DNA of 32,000 bases from Demequinaceae bacterium (GTDB taxonomy: Bacteria; Actinomycetota; Actinomycetes; Actinomycetales; Demequinaceae), in the NCBI GenBank assembly GCA_965250005.1, contig OZ252279.1, positions 1,680,001-1,712,000 of the forward strand. Direction: 5' to 3'. The position numbers were made by a program, and so were the translations under genes. The notes beneath the pieces were generated by a model. The model did not search any database. It saw only the letters and a list, made by a program, of their open reading frames with translations, and was not told the origin of the DNA. This document shows, in pieces, positions 31,804 to 32,000 of the stretch (the first letter of the stretch is position 1; the number at the start of each line of letters is the position of its first letter).

Positions 31804-32000
31804 ATGCCAGAAGAGTTCTATCAGGACCAGTCGCTCGACGCCAACTGGCTGGCCGAGATTGTCGAGCGCACGCTAACCGAGGATCTGGGCCCGAACCCCG
31901 GTCGCGACGTCACCACGCAATCCACCATCGGCGAGGATGCCGAGGTCGCCGGTGAGATTGTCGCCCGCGAGGGTGGAGTGGTCGCGGGGATTCCCGTGAT
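31804..32000 (+). CDS. nadC: Nicotinate-nucleotide pyrophosphorylase (quinolinate phosphoribosyltransferase), 5' part; runs off the window
   Basis: This gene is not in the ORF track because it is open-ended. My own translation from the ATG at 31804 is MPEEFYQDQSLDANWLAEIVERTLTEDLGPNPGRDVTTQSTIGEDAEVAGEIVAREGGVVAGIPV, which matches the NadC N-terminal pattern (L.EDLG...D.TT...I......A.I.ARE.GV.AG). Confidence 0.8.
   Translation, partial: MPEEFYQDQSLDANWLAEIVERTLTEDLGPNPGRDVTTQSTIGEDAEVAGEIVAREGGVVAGIPV

Noticed and set aside
1-32000. CRISPR arrays, insertion sequences, integrases, prophage genes, toxin-antitoxin pairs, defence islands and secondary-metabolite clusters.
   Set aside because: There are no spaced direct repeats, no terminal inverted repeats with a transposase ORF, and no recombinase or nuclease signatures in any frame. 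Nearly all coding capacity is accounted for by housekeeping families, apart from a few small unassigned genes.

Overview
GC-rich actinobacterial core chromosome, almost fully coding and mostly on the + strand; the gene order resembles the mycobacterial ftsH-fol-pan region as I recall it. Order: topA (3' part) | YHYH-motif lipoprotein, second lipoprotein, Gfo/Idh/MocA oxidoreductase | tmk, holB, secreted S33-type peptidase | tRNA-Thr(CGT), small Cys-rich secreted protein, degenerate copy of the tRNA 3' half | 951-aa FAD/Fe-S oxidase | metX (-) | two tandem RipA-like NlpC/P60 paralogs | ppa (-) | PBP4-like dacB, tilS, hpt, ftsH, folE, folP, fused folB-folK, DUF3180-like membrane protein, YdbS/YdbT-like PH-domain pair, DUF2520 Rossmann protein, panC, panD, nadB | frameshifted rhodanese (-) and a CsoR-family regulator lacking the Cu(I) His ligand (-) | nadC (5' part, missing from the ORF track). 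I saw no CRISPR array, transposase, integrase, defence system or biosynthetic cluster. The most notable observations are: (1) the two NlpC/P60 genes share a leader and promoter layout (upstream palindrome, TAGCNT -10 box, a hairpin kept by compensatory changes, a GTGAC direct repeat next to the ATG); (2) an att-like duplication of the tRNA-Thr 3' half brackets one small secreted-protein gene; (3) a regulator/rhodanese module sits between nadB and nadC, and the rhodanese is broken by a 5-bp tandem duplication at its catalytic Cys codon; (4) a tightly coupled folate/membrane-trio/pantothenate/NAD gene array contains conserved genes of unknown function. All calls come from reading the sequence and from recalled family motifs. 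No searches were run.
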